A DNA stretch of 64,000 nucleotides from Lophium mytilinum (lineage: Eukaryota). Below the pieces are notes generated by a model. That model was given only the letters and a program-made list of their open reading frames with translations. It was not told the DNA's origin and searched no databases. A program made the position numbers and the translations under genes. The stretch is taken from contig MU004192.1 of assembly GCA_010093605.1 (NCBI GenBank), forward strand, positions 126,563 to 190,562, given 5' to 3'. Positions 11,600 to 23,278 of this stretch are shown here, piece after piece; position 1 is the first letter of the stretch, and every line of letters starts with the position of its first letter.

Positions 11600-12900
11600 T
11601 TCTCCATCGCCCAAGTCTCAACACCCGTCATATCCGTCCTCAACTTTCAATTGATATTTTCCCCTTTTCCAGAGCGGGTATATCAGGCTGTAGAAAGAGA
11701 GAAGACAAACCCGAGTTGAAGCACTCCGCTGTAGAAAAACGAGGTAGTTGCAAAGAGTTACAAAATCAACCGCGTGGAGAATCTGTTGGCAGACGCAGCG
11801 TCTGGTCGACCTACCCCTCCGCCTAGCTGGATCTTATCATTTTTCCAGAGCGCGGATATTAGAACGTTGTCTTTGCAAACGTGAGGATAAGCGGGAGGGC
11901 TCCCATGGCCCGAAAAGTAAAATCGGTCACAAAAAGTAACGGAATCAACTGTGTGACAATTTTTCTCGCGGACGCCGCGTACCTTCCGTGTACCCTCCGC
12001 GTAGTTGAATCTGACTATGTTTCCAGAGCATAAAAAACAGGAGTTTGGCTTCGGATGGCTGAATAGAAGCTGGAGGACTTCCATAGAGTCAACCAAGATC
12101 GATTACAAGAAGTAACGGAACCAACCGTGTGGCAATTTTTTGGATAGATGCCGCGTGCCCCACTCCACGTGCCCTCTTGTGGTTGAATCTTATTACTTTT
12201 CTGGAGCATGGCTATCAGAACGTTGTTATTAGGATAGTAGAAAAAGGCTGGCGGGCCTCCACAAAGAAGGAATAGTCATGGTTACAAGATGTAACAAAAA
12301 CAACCGTGTGACACCTTTCTATGCAGACGCTACGAAGGTCTACGCGTAGTTGTATGGTGACCATTTTCCCACGCATGGGAATCGGAGGGAATGTTACCTT
12401 GATCGCCCCCTAATCCATCAGAATATCTCGGAGGTCCTCTAGAATGAATTTCGGTGTTTTAGTTGGAAAGAGTCACAGAATAAACGGTATGATGATTTGA
12501 TCGTAACCGCGATGTAGCCTCTGCGTACCCCCCCGGGTGGTTGTAAATTGACCTTGTTCTAAGGCCTTGAAATCAGGCGAGATTGCTATAATCAAAAAGG
12601 AGGAGCGTTATAAAGAACCGAAGCATGCCCTGTAAGGAACAGCTCACTCAAGTTACAAGTATTAACGGAATCAACCGTGTGATAAGTATGATTGCCCACG
12701 CGGCGAGCCCAAAATATTGAGCCCTTTTCCAGGGCCCCGAAATCAGACTGAATAGATCATCTGATTGACCTACCTGTAGCTGCTTCATAATGCTTCAGGT
12801 ACAAATTGCTGAGACAGTTTACAGGAAGTCACAGATTTGACTGCGTGACTCTCTGACGTGGAGGCTGCGTGGCCTCTGCGTGAGCGTGAGCGTAGTCATA
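11600..12900. repeat. Degenerate tandem array, about 7 units of roughly 177 bp
   Basis: A motif like TTTTCCAGAGC..ATCAG recurs near 11665, 11841, 12020, 12198, 12365, 12555 and 12726. A motif like TTACAAGAAGTAACGGAATCAACCGTGTG recurs near 11750, 11928, 12103, 12281, 12464, 12653 and 12819. Confidence 0.8.
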
Positions 12901-13099
12901 AGATTCCGCACGATTGACCCGGGGGTCTCTTCTAGATGGTCCGTCCACATCTTTTAACCTCGAAGGGCGTAATTAGTGGCGCCGACATACCTTTGAAACT
13001 GCTGGGACACACCAGTCATTAGGTAGCATGATTGAGCCTCATTTCCGATTCTGTGTCGCCTGCCTGTACTTGAGTTGTAACCTGAATCTGATTTGCAGG

Positions 13100-14761
13100 T
13101 CAATTCCACCAAAAGCTGACACTAAAGCTTGGGGATAAACTCTTCACGAAATGCCACCAACCCACTGGCAAGTATAAGCACTCGCCAGGGCCGAGGATGC
13201 CTTCGATGTATGGCACATCTCTGAAGCCCGGAAATCTTTCGTTAAAATCCCTTCTCTTATCCTCTGATCCTTCATTTATTTTTGCAGCTTTCGACTCGCA
13301 TTGAGACTCGTTCTGCATCATATCCTCCAAATCAACCTCACTCGTGTTTCCCATATCCACACCACCCTCTTCCACCCCCCTTGGCCACATGTTACTCCCC
13401 GGCGCATACAGTCTTACATACTTCCGCCCCACCACCTGAGCCAGTATGTTATGATACGGGTCTGTGTGCAGCGGGGATATAGTTCCAGCGGGGCCAAACC
13501 AGGCATTCAGCAACGGCTCATCAAGCAGTGGTGGCGGATTCGAGATGCTAGGGAGAGGTGGTGGGGAAGTATAGCAATAGTCCGGGATCATGATATCGGA
13601 TCGAAGCCTGGGAAGCTGGGTCAGCAGTGGATGCTGCGCCAAATACGCAATTTCTGTCTCTTTTTCCACCGCCTCTCCGTCGTCTCCTTCTAGTTCTTCT
13701 CCTTTTGATGTTATTCGGGGCGGAGGTTGGGTGTGAAGCATGTAGGTCTCCATGAATTCTTTAAAGGTGATGATCCGTTGTCCCCATCCCTCATCCACAT
13801 AACTTCTCCCTACCTCCACCGGTACTAGTCTTCGCCCTCCTAGCGTGCGGCTTAGTAGATACCGCGGATCGCTCCATGGCCGTTCCCGCATGGCCGGCCA
13901 GTCTTCCAATACACCAGTGAAAATAAGAGGCGTCGGCTTGCCCTCGCTTTTATCGAGGTAGCTTTGGAAACCCGCGTGGGAGAAGGCGGACATGCGTGTT
14001 ATGGGGCTGCACATAGTCGGCGCAGAGACAGAGATTGAAGGGAAGGAGGACGGTATAGCTGGAGCTTTGTCGTCGTAGAAAGAATTGAGCTTTTGGCGTT
14101 TTGAGGGATGAGAATCTGGGGCCTGTAACAATCGAGGCGCCAAAAACTCCTCCAGCATACCCATAAATCTTTCGATGAGGTCCTCCCTCCCCGGCCCGCC
14201 GCTTAGTATCAGTGCCATGTCCAGCTTCTTCACAACGTTTGTAACCCAATCCGCCTCCGCCTCTCCCCTCGGTTCTCCATCTTCTCCCACATCCCGGAAT
14301 TCCTCATGGATTTTCTCATCCTCTTTCCTCAGGATGTTTGACACCTCCCAAAGACTACCCTCGGTATGCAACCGCCTCCAACAGGTCGGCACATCCTTGT
14401 ACGGATACGCGTGTAGCTTCTCATATGCGAGCCTTACGCATGCTTCCGGTCGGAGTGGTAGAACCTTCAGAGCTGCCTGACCACAGGAGTGAATTTCGTC
14501 ATCGGGCGTGAAGGGTGTGGAGAGGTGTGAGTGGAGATATTGAGCGAGGTCGGTGAGAGAGATCGGTGTGGAGTTGTTCGGAGTCGGTGAGTTCTGGTTC
14601 GATCGCGCGCCGTCACTGATATCGGTGCTTCGGCGATTCTCAAAGAGAGGAAGAGGGTGCGAAGTCGATGGTGAGAGGTGCAGCATGGTGTTGCGGGGCG
14701 CGAGGTTGAGGTCATAGGTGGTGGAGTCCGACGGACTTTGTTTACAGATTGGCACGGACAT
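13100..14761 (-). CDS. JmjC-domain Fe(II)/2-oxoglutarate protein, JMJD5/KDM8-like (cupin-8)
   Basis: Motifs 'GRRLVPVEVGRSYVDEGWGQ', 'YLAQH', 'NAWFGPAGTISPLHTDPYHNILAQVVGRKYVRLY' and 'YLPVGWWHFVKSL..SFSVSFWW' supply the HxD...H facial triad. The start codon is uncertain (14761 or 14686). Confidence 0.9.
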   Translation of the reverse strand: MSVPICKQSPSDSTTYDLNLAPRNTMLHLSPSTSHPLPLFENRRSTDISDGARSNQNSPTPNNSTPISLTDLAQYLHSHLSTPFTPDDEIHSCGQAALKVLPLRPEACVRLAYEKLHAYPYKDVPTCWRRLHTEGSLWEVSNILRKEDEKIHEEFRDVGEDGEPRGEAEADWVTNVVKKLDMALILSGGPGREDLIERFMGMLEEFLAPRLLQAPDSHPSKRQKLNSFYDDKAPAIPSSFPSISVSAPTMCSPITRMSAFSHAGFQSYLDKSEGKPTPLIFTGVLEDWPAMRERPWSDPRYLLSRTLGGRRLVPVEVGRSYVDEGWGQRIITFKEFMETYMLHTQPPPRITSKGEELEGDDGEAVEKETEIAYLAQHPLLTQLPRLRSDIMIPDYCYTSPPPLPSISNPPPLLDEPLLNAWFGPAGTISPLHTDPYHNILAQVVGRKYVRLYAPGSNMWPRGVEEGGVDMGNTSEVDLEDMMQNESQCESKAAKINEGSEDKRRDFNERFPGFRDVPYIEGILGPGECLYLPVGWWHFVKSLSPSFSVSFWWN

Positions 14762-15323
14762 GGACAAAACGGGCGAAGTAGCTTTATTCGATGTCGAGAA
14801 GAATAAACATGCACTTAGATGTACGTGCTCGACCAGGATACTAGCACGAGATCCCAAATTATTTGATTGATCAAATTGCTTGAATTGCTTGGATTAAATT
14901 TTTACATGTGGGGCAGATCCAGATCGCCATTATCGATCTGTTCGCCAGCTCTACGGCCCTATCATACACCCATCCATGTGATCCTTGCTCCTTGCTCCTT
15001 GCTACTACAGAATTCCGCTCCATTCCATTCCCCAGCTTCGAAAGCCCGTTCAGGGTCCAGCCGGATACCCCATTGAAAACATTTAATCTTCGTGGATAGT
15101 TTGAACATCACAAACCCAGCCCAGCACTCAAATGCCTGCTCAATACTCCATAGATAATCCTTCTTTCGTAACCATCACACGTTAAAATCCAAAACCCCGG
15201 TAAATATAAAAAAAGACATCAAGCTCGTCGCTTGTGGGATATCATTGCAGAAAACCAAGACCATGCAGTTAATAATGAATGAGAAAAGTCGTCATCGATC
15301 TGTTTGCATCTCGAGAAGATCAG

Positions 15324-17112
15324 TCAGCCGGTAGACTTTTTTGGGGATAGCAGACCGCCGACATCCTGTAAGGACTGAATCGTGCCTTGTCGAGTGAGGG
15401 AGTGACCCACGCCATGGGAACCCGAGGAGGGGGGTTTAAGCGATGAGCGTTTCGAAGATCGTGACGACGAGTCCAGCTGTTGTCCGCCGCCGGTAAGTAG
15501 GCCTCCTGCATCCTGCAGAGAGACAAGGGTCTCATGCCGGGCGAGCATGGGCCCGATAACGCCGGTCGGCGGTGAGGGTGGTGGTTTCGCCGCTTTCCCA
15601 TTGCGCGTCGTCATCTCATGGGTTTCCTCGGATTGCGAGGGCCGTGATGAACGTCGTGGAAACGATCCGTGTGAGAGGAGCCCTCCGAGGTCGGACAGGA
15701 GCGCCCGAGATCCTCTTCGAGGTGTCGCAAAATCATGGACGCTCGTGGGGCTGGTGGGTGATATGTTGGTGTTGGCGGTTCTCTCGGTGATAGTGCTCGA
15801 ACGAACCGAAGGAACAGATCCTTCCTCGAGCAGTCCGCCGACGTCGAAAAATGATACGTTGCGGCGTGGTGGTATGACCCTAAGATCTCGAGGACTCGGC
15901 AAAGGGTCTGTAGAGATAGGTGCTTTGAGGTCAGATTCTTCGCTTTCCCGAGCTTCAACTGGAGAGTTGGGGAATTGCCAATCCTTGCCTGCGAATGGTT
16001 GTCCATTGCCACCATTTTGGAGAAGATCGATATTGGCGACGGGCGCTGGCCTTGGTACGTTCTTCTGTTGCAGGTCTGGGTTGAGGCGGTAGCCCATGTC
16101 TCGAATGAGGTCTTCGTCGCTGCCCCATTGCTGGAGAGTTGGTCTGCGTGTTGCGGGTCGTTCCATGCTGTCTGTGGTGGAACCAAACTTGAACTTGGCT
16201 TTCTTTATACCTCGATCTCGGAGGAAGGAACCGAGAATGATGGCATTGGATACTGCAGTAGCAGCTAAAATCTCACCTGACGCGAATACTGTCCGGAATT
16301 GTTGACGTCCCTGGTGGGCGATCACTGAGGGGACACGTGCCCCTGTGATGGCGATCAACGCTAGTGACATGGAGAAGAGGAACACTAGGGAGAGCTTCCG
16401 CTTCAGTGGCATGGCGGACTGGATGATGATCGGAATCGGGAAAACCACGAGGAGAGTGTCGGTAATCATGTCGGCGACACCCATGGTGATCAAGTTGGCA
16501 TAGCCTTGCCGGCATTGCGGCCCCGGGTCTGGAGAAACTTGCCAGTAGTGGTCGAACGGCTGGCACTCTGCGAGAGTGGAGATGACGACGGCAACAAAAG
16601 TGGCCGCGAGGAAGATACGGATGCCTTTGAGGCCGATGTCATAGCTGCGCTTCCAGAACCGCTCGGTGAGGCGCTGGAGGAACTCCGCAACTGTGAGTTT
16701 CGCAACCCAGATGCTAGTGCGTCATTAGCAGATGAGATCTTGCGCAACATAGCACACAGACTACTCACAACATGGCGTAGAAGATGCGCGCCCCGAGGAC
16801 CATACGCGACCCGAGTTCCCGGCGGTGTATGGCCTCGTTTGACATGTCTGTGATGTTCACATTGTTGGTTCCGTAGAGCAGGACGACGTGCACGAAGGCC
16901 ATCCGCGCAAATAGCGGGATGATGCTCAGCGCTATTATCTTGTCCTCCCGGAACAGTCGTTCGTTGCGCACATATCGGCCACTGAGGCGGAACAGGATAA
17001 TGACGAGCGAGAAGCCGGTGCACCACCAGCTGAAGAGGAGGGTCGGGTTGTTCTGGGCGCGGTTGCGCGGCGCTGGCGGGGCCACATCGCTAATGGAGCG
17101 AGGGAAAAACAT
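15324..17112 (-). CDS. PTH11-like (rhodopsin-domain) integral membrane protein without CFEM, long disordered C-terminal tail
   Basis: Exon 17112-16769, intron 16768-16714, exon 16713-15324. Multiple hydrophobic segments and the family motifs 'FIWVAK', 'QCQPFDHYWQV', 'DMITDTLLVVFPIPII' and 'KRKLSLVFLFS'. Confidence 0.85.
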
Positions 17113-17683
17113 GGCGGTGGCTCGCAGCGCTATATACACGCCCTCCTCCGCAGAGGGGCGAGCGGGAGGTCGCGTGCAATGGCGGGCGGGCTCTTCGTGG
17201 ACGGCTCTGCGTAGAGGGGCGAGGTCGAGGGTGTCGCAGGCGCTTTGACCATGTCTGCGAGAGCGCAGATGTAGACCGGGGCGTAGGGAGGTGCACGACT
17301 TGGACGAGTGGACAGCGTGTGGTGTTGAGGATGGTAGTGATAGTTGCTGAGCGGGCGAGAGAGGAAGGCTGGTACTATCAAGGCTTGGGAGCGGGAAGGG
17401 CCAGAACACGAGATAGCCAGCTATCGCACCAGTGCTGGAGTCCGATCCAGAAGGAGACTGGGAGGCCGTTTGTGGCGTATGGTGGTGATAACGCCGCGCA
17501 GCTGGAGCCCACCACGCGCAGGGTCAGCGGCTTAGCGATGGGCGGGCAGGATTCGGGCTGGTGCAAAGGCTGGCGCTGCTTCTGCTGTCGAAACGAGACG
17601 GTGAGAGGATGCGGCGGCAGCATTTGCGGAGACCAGAGTCGTGATAGCCCCCGAGTGACGCTGGGCTGGCCTCCTGAGTGCTG

Positions 17684-17718
17684 GAGCATCCCCAGGAGCA
17701 TCCCCAGGAGCATCCCCA
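17684..17718. repeat. 12-bp tandem repeat (GGAGCATCCCCA)x3
   Basis: Read directly from the sequence, upstream of the PTH11-like gene. Confidence 0.85.
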
Positions 17719-20073
17719 GTGCCTGGTTTCCTCGTCGCTTTGCGCTGGGACGGCACCCAGTGAGATCGAACGACGCCATCTCCACGCCGATTTTGCGCCT
17801 ACACTGCCTGCCGGATAGCGTGTCGGGTGCAGTGCCCAGCATGCCCAACGTGGGAGGCGGCCTGGGGGTGGGTGTGTGCGGCCGCTATGCGCGCAACCTG
17901 ACTGGCTGAAATCGAGTCTCGCGCGTCCCCGCCTGCTTGCTGTGGGCGCTGGCTGCAGATCGTGGAGGGCGAGGGCGGAAAGCGGGCGGTGGTGGATGAG
18001 ATGAGACGATGAGACCATCTGCAGCGTGCCGTGTATCGGCGTCGGACTCCTTCACCACCATCAATCCTCTGCCTCCATCGCGACGTCCTCGATCGCTGCT
18101 GTCAAGGCCGACCCGGAGCCGTGGGCGGAACACTCGGCACTACCAAGGTACTGGCCATCAGTCGGGCACAGTGGTCGATGCCTCGCCGACCACGAACCGG
18201 CGGCCTCGATGCCGGAGAAACACCGTTATCGTCGAATATTGGCGAGCCTGGGGCAAAGCCGGCAGCATCACATGAAGGAGCGAAAAGTGGACCGCCCACC
18301 CATGCCCACCGCTGTTGGCCGCCCACCAAGCCGCTCACGGCTCGCGGGCTGCCCTGGACGACACAACGACTCCTTGCAGGGCCGACGAGGACCCCACGCC
18401 AACCAGCCCGTAGGTACGAAGTAGCCCACCATCACACGTGCCCTGCCCGAGGCCCGCTGCACCATCCTCCACTTGCTGCACACCAAGCCGGATGCGAAGG
18501 CGAAGCCATCTATAAACCTCCTCGGAGCCTTCGTGAGACGCCTGGGAATGGCCTGAGACAGCCCTAACCGACCCCCAGAGCCAGACAACGTCCCTCAGAT
18601 CATTCATGCGTCTCGAAACACTGCCTCTCTCAGGAGTCCAGCCAAAAATATCACCTTCGCCAACAGGCCCCCAGCAGACGCGACCCCTTCTCCATTCGCA
18701 GGCCATGGAGATTCCAGTGCTGCGTGGCTGCCTCGACGCTGATTTGAGATACCAGGCGCGTAGCCAACGGGATTGTGACCCACCGTGCATTCGCTTGCTT
18801 TCAGCCGGCAAACAGCTATAAGCAGTCAGATATCACGGTTCAGCTCAACTCGGCCGCTTCCGCATCGGATGAATATTGGCTCGTATGAGACGTCCACAGC
18901 GCATTTCTGTGTACCGTAGATCTGAATCTGTCCTGCTCCACACCCTCATCCTCTTGATTATCGCAGGGGTCAGCGAGTCTCACGACCATTCCCAGGTTTG
19001 GAGTGCTGATCATAGCGTCGCCAATCTAGCTTCTTTCTCGTCTTCTCTAACGAACGGGACGACTTGAAATCTCTAGTTTTTCGTTCAGTACTCTGCGGCT
19101 TTCACTCAGGTTCTACTCCGGCTGCCCTGCCAGCTTGCAGTAGGGCCCTATGTTCTTATCATTCGGCATCTGCACTCCCTATATGCACTGGGTAGTATTA
19201 GTCGCTCCACTTGCGCCTTTTTCTCCTAGCCAAGGCCCTAAAGGATCGGTGAGCTGCTCGGCAAGCATTTAAATCCTCCACTTAGGAAACTTGGATGTGA
19301 AGTTATAGATTAGATTCTGGAAGTGTTTGTCCTAGGATCTCTAGGGTGTGGTTGTAGATCTACCCTCAAACCCTTCGGTTTCCTAGCCTTACGAGCCATC
19401 AGTTTACTAGTGTTCCCCTTTCGTATTTCTGTGCTTGTGTATCCTTGTTTAGCCTCGCTTGAGGTCTTCCAGTACATTGATATTCTGCATGGAATACCAG
19501 CTCCAGCAAGCCATATATCTAGGACGGTGTTGGACTGCCATTGATAATTAGTGGAGCGTGAGTGCCTTTTTTTCATGTCTGCTTGCTCGTTCATATGATG
19601 TCTTCTTTCAATATCGATTGTTCTGTTCCATATGCAGCTACTTCTTCTCCTTCCACAGCTTTGTCTTTTCGAATTTACACCTCCTACCCTTTACTGAGCG
19701 AGCCTTCTTCTCCTCGTCTCCGCTCCCAGATCCTAGGCGCACCCATTAGCACTGTGTCCTGACCGGACGCCCCTAGTGACCTCGCCGTTCCTCGAAGACC
19801 CTCCGCCCAAGCAAAAACGGCCTTCTCTGCTATTGCTTCGCTCGGAGTGGGACCCTCCTTCTAGACTGTGTTCGCAATAAGACGTCGTCCGTGCTTGGAA
19901 GTGGTCGATTTAGTGAGAACTACGCGCTGGAGGACTGAATTCTGGTATTCATGTTTATAATCTGCCTCGAAACGCTCGAGGTCTTAATTAAATGTGACTT
20001 TAAGTCTAATTGTGGTCTTCGGTTACCTGCAGCAATCCTTGAGCTCAAATGCCTCCAGATCCTCTATTCGTAC

Positions 20074-21462
20074 CTAGAAATTCTCGATTCTAGTTCCGAG
20101 TCCCCTTTCATCAGCCAGTCTAACCAGGTCCTCTCCAACCACCACATCCATCAGCCCTAGACCCACGCTCTTGTATATGACGTTGCCTCTCTGCAGCCAC
20201 TCCGTCAACCCCTTTTCCGCAGCATGCTCCTTCCCCGCCGCACCCTTCCTCTTCTTGCCGCTGCCAAGCTCCACGCCAGTCTTGTCAAGCTCATCCGTAG
20301 ACTGTTGCGCCTCCTGCCTCCGCCTTTCCGCATCCCGCTTCAGCATCAGCAGCTCCCCGATTTCGACCACTTCGCGCCCGCCCAGCCCAGCCTGGATAAT
20401 CTCGCCAGCCTCCTTTAGACAAGCCTCAACGCTGTCGACGACGATCGCCCCGCCTTGCTTTGCATGTTTGTGGTGGTGGTTACCATGCTCTGGTTCAACG
20501 GCTTGACGAAGGATGTCAGGGTGCAGTTCCACCATGTGCGGCTTGTATGACCCGATGGCGGCAATATATCTGCCCTTCTTGCGGCCCTCCGTGCTCGTCA
20601 AGTACGACGCTGGGAACAGCGGTTCGAGCGAAGGGGTAGTGCAGAAGATTGCAGAGGAACCGCGAATAGTCGATTTGAGCAGACGGCCGTACTCGGTATG
20701 CGATGGCGTTATGATGGCGATCTTCGGCCGTGCCAGGTCTGAAATCTCGGCGGACGGGATGGTGAGAGTTGGGAATGTCACAGGCTCGTCGAAGGGCTTG
20801 TATAGCTTCTCTATGAGCCTGTGCGCGCTATCGAAGCTGCGATTGATGATGTTCAGGTGGTGTATCTCGGGACCACGCAGGAGAAGTGCCAGCCGTATGT
20901 GCCAGTATGCCTGCTTGCCTGCCCCAAATACTGTTAGGTCGTGGACGTTTGTCCGCTTCTTGAAGAGCATAGTCGATGCCAGCGCGGTGCGGAAGGCTGT
21001 GATCTCTTCAGCGTTTATGAGCGCTCTCGGCGATCCCTCCTTGTCCATCAGCGTGAGGGAGCCTCGAGGGGTAGTGCTTTGGCCACTGGCAACCGAGTCG
21101 GGGGGCACATCGAAGGCGGTTGTCGAAGAGCTCGTGGACGCCGTGCGCTTAGAAGATAGCGAGAGCGCGTCGAAGGAGGCCACAGGCGATGTATTGACTG
21201 GCTCGGACAATGTGACTATTTTCACCCCAATCCCGTTGTTGCTGCTGGCGGGCATGAAGAGCGTCGTCTGTCCATCGTTCCGCTTGAGGGCAGTCCGGAT
21301 GGGTTGATACGAGGAACAGCAGCCATTGCCGTCGTCCTCTGTGGAGGTAGAGTAGTAGTGGAGCGCGTCAGCAAGCGATTGCTGCAGGTCCAGAATATCT
21401 TCCTTCGTGAGGGAATGGAGGAGTGCGCCCACGTCCCGGTCGGTCAGGATGGTGAGGGGCAT
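20074..21462 (-). CDS. Ornithine cyclodeaminase/mu-crystallin family protein (PrnX-like)
   Basis: Motifs 'TTLFMPAS..GVKIVT', 'NAEEITAFRTALAS', Rossmann 'VFGAGKQA', 'IFCTTPS', 'AIGSYKPHMVEL' and 'IYKSVGLGLMD'. Confidence 0.9.
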   Translation of the reverse strand: MPLTILTDRDVGALLHSLTKEDILDLQQSLADALHYYSTSTEDDGNGCCSSYQPIRTALKRNDGQTTLFMPASSNNGIGVKIVTLSEPVNTSPVASFDALSLSSKRTASTSSSTTAFDVPPDSVASGQSTTPRGSLTLMDKEGSPRALINAEEITAFRTALASTMLFKKRTNVHDLTVFGAGKQAYWHIRLALLLRGPEIHHLNIINRSFDSAHRLIEKLYKPFDEPVTFPTLTIPSAEISDLARPKIAIITPSHTEYGRLLKSTIRGSSAIFCTTPSLEPLFPASYLTSTEGRKKGRYIAAIGSYKPHMVELHPDILRQAVEPEHGNHHHKHAKQGGAIVVDSVEACLKEAGEIIQAGLGGREVVEIGELLMLKRDAERRRQEAQQSTDELDKTGVELGSGKKRKGAAGKEHAAEKGLTEWLQRGNVIYKSVGLGLMDVVVGEDLVRLADERGLGTRIENF

Positions 21463-21956
21463 GTTTTGATGTTGTCGATTTACTTCTCACGGCGGCTGCG
21501 GGGCGAGCTCCAATATAAGTAGCGCAGACTCCTGCGCAAATGTTAGTGTGCGGAGATATAGCATGTCGGTGGTCAGAGTATACTGAGAGTGAGAGCCTTG
21601 AGGTTTCTTAAGGCCGCTGCTTGTCGCCGAATGGCCGTGCAGCAGCCTTTTTCAAGGCGACATGATCTGATAGGCGCTGCCAAGCGCCATGACGGGCGAG
21701 GGGGAGAGGGGTCAGGGTACATCACAAATCAGAATGGCCATAGTGCTTATGCATCTCGCTGAATTATGTTATGGAGGTTTCGATGACTGGGTTGGATATA
21801 GGCTTGAATTTCTCCCATGGAATTTGTAAGACGCCATGGAGTCTTTGAAGTGGTGCCATAAAAAGGCAGGATCTTATTGGAGTTTTCAACGCCCGCTATA
21901 TCCACAGAAAGACACCCAGAATGCCGTGTTCACAGTCACTACCACCACAGACCCAT

Positions 21957-22900
21957 CTAGATCTTGATGGCGCTCTCCAGAGCCTTCCGGCGCTTGTCCA
22001 TGCGAGCATTGGCCTTGGCACCCATGATACCTCCTCCCCAGTGGCGGTTCGTCTCCGCGTGCTTCTCGAGGTAGCCATCCTTGACGGCGGAGACGAGCTT
22101 GGAGAACTCCGACTTGTCCTCTGATCGGACCTCGGTGAATGCGAGGACTGCAGCAGTCTACCCAACAGGTTAGCATCGAATAGAGCACTTTCAACGTGGA
22201 TTGTCTACCTTCTGGTGCACAACCGTTCCGAGCCTCGCCTTGCCCTTCACTATGGCATATGGCACACCCATCTTCTTGCACAGCGCCGGGAGGAAGACCA
22301 CCAACTCAATGGGGTCGACGTCGTTGGGGATCAGCACCAACGAGGCCTTCTTGTTCTCGACTAGGCCGACGACGTGGTTCAAGCCGTACTTGACAGTGTA
22401 GGGCTTTTTGCTGACATCCTCCTTCTTCTGTCCGTTGCTGATGGCGGTGGCTTCCTTGGTCAAACGCTCCTTCTTCTCGGGCTTGGTCTCGGGGCGGTAC
22501 TTGTTCAGGAGCTTGAATGCCTGGGCGGCGGTGTTCCTGTCCAGGACGTGTGTGAACTGCGCCAAACTCGGGGGGACCTTAAGGCGGAGGTTGAGGATCT
22601 TGCGCTGGCGTTGGAGACGGACGTATGCGCTGTAAGTCGTTAGATGAGTGCACTGGAGTGGGGAGGGTTGTAGGCTCGACATACGGCCATCGCACCATGC
22701 GGCTCAAGTTGCGCTTGGGTTGGATGTCCTGGCCGATGCCATAGTTGCGCGGTCGCTTCTCGATAAGGGGGTTCTGCCAATTGTGAGTATCATTAGCAAG
22801 ACGGCAGCGGGAGGTGATGACGAACCTTGGCCGGCTTCTTCGCGCCCGCCTTTCCTTGCGGAAAAGGCGCTGGGGCTGCTTTCTTCCCTTTTGGAGGCAT
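21957..22900 (-). CDS. RPL8: 60S ribosomal protein L8 (eL8/L7a)
   Basis: Four coding exons read '[13 protein letters not shown]', '[30 protein letters not shown]', '[19 protein letters not shown]...[22 protein letters not shown]' and '...[10 protein letters not shown]...SAIKI*'. There is a probable 5'-UTR intron at about 22910-23060. Confidence 0.97.
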
Positions 22901-23278
22901 GTTCGAGGGCTGTCATTGAGAACAGAATTAGCATGCGCTATGTTCTGAATCTCTAAGAGCAAAGACGGCATTGCTGCCAGTCCTGAAGCTCAAGCCATTG
23001 TCAACATCGACACCGTCCAGCATAGCCGGGGGCGCGATGGGAATGCAAAGTGGAAGCTTACCGTCTGGGTTGTCGATGGGCGATGTGAACGGAGACAGAC
23101 TGTGAAAAGTTGGGCGAGGATATTCGCCTATTTGCGTGCGCGCCAAGAGTAAATTAGTCTAACCGATTGTGGCCTAGCGCAATATATCGCCGTTCTCAGG
23201 CTTGGCACACACCTGCATCTCACTTTACTGGGATCACACCTCGCCATCTCAACCCCATCTCTCGACAATGTCTACATA

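Noticed and set aside
11600..12900. CRISPR-like reading of the periodic array
   Set aside because: The context is eukaryotic with no cas genes, and units are degenerate along their whole length rather than identical repeats with unique spacers.
17120..18830. Many overlapping 60-200 aa ORFs on both strands
   Set aside because: This is the GC-rich upstream region of the PTH11-like gene. The ORFs have no recognisable domains and are expected by chance at this GC content.
22910..23060. snoRNA in the RPL8 5'-UTR intron
   Set aside because: No convincing C/D or H/ACA box arrangement was seen.
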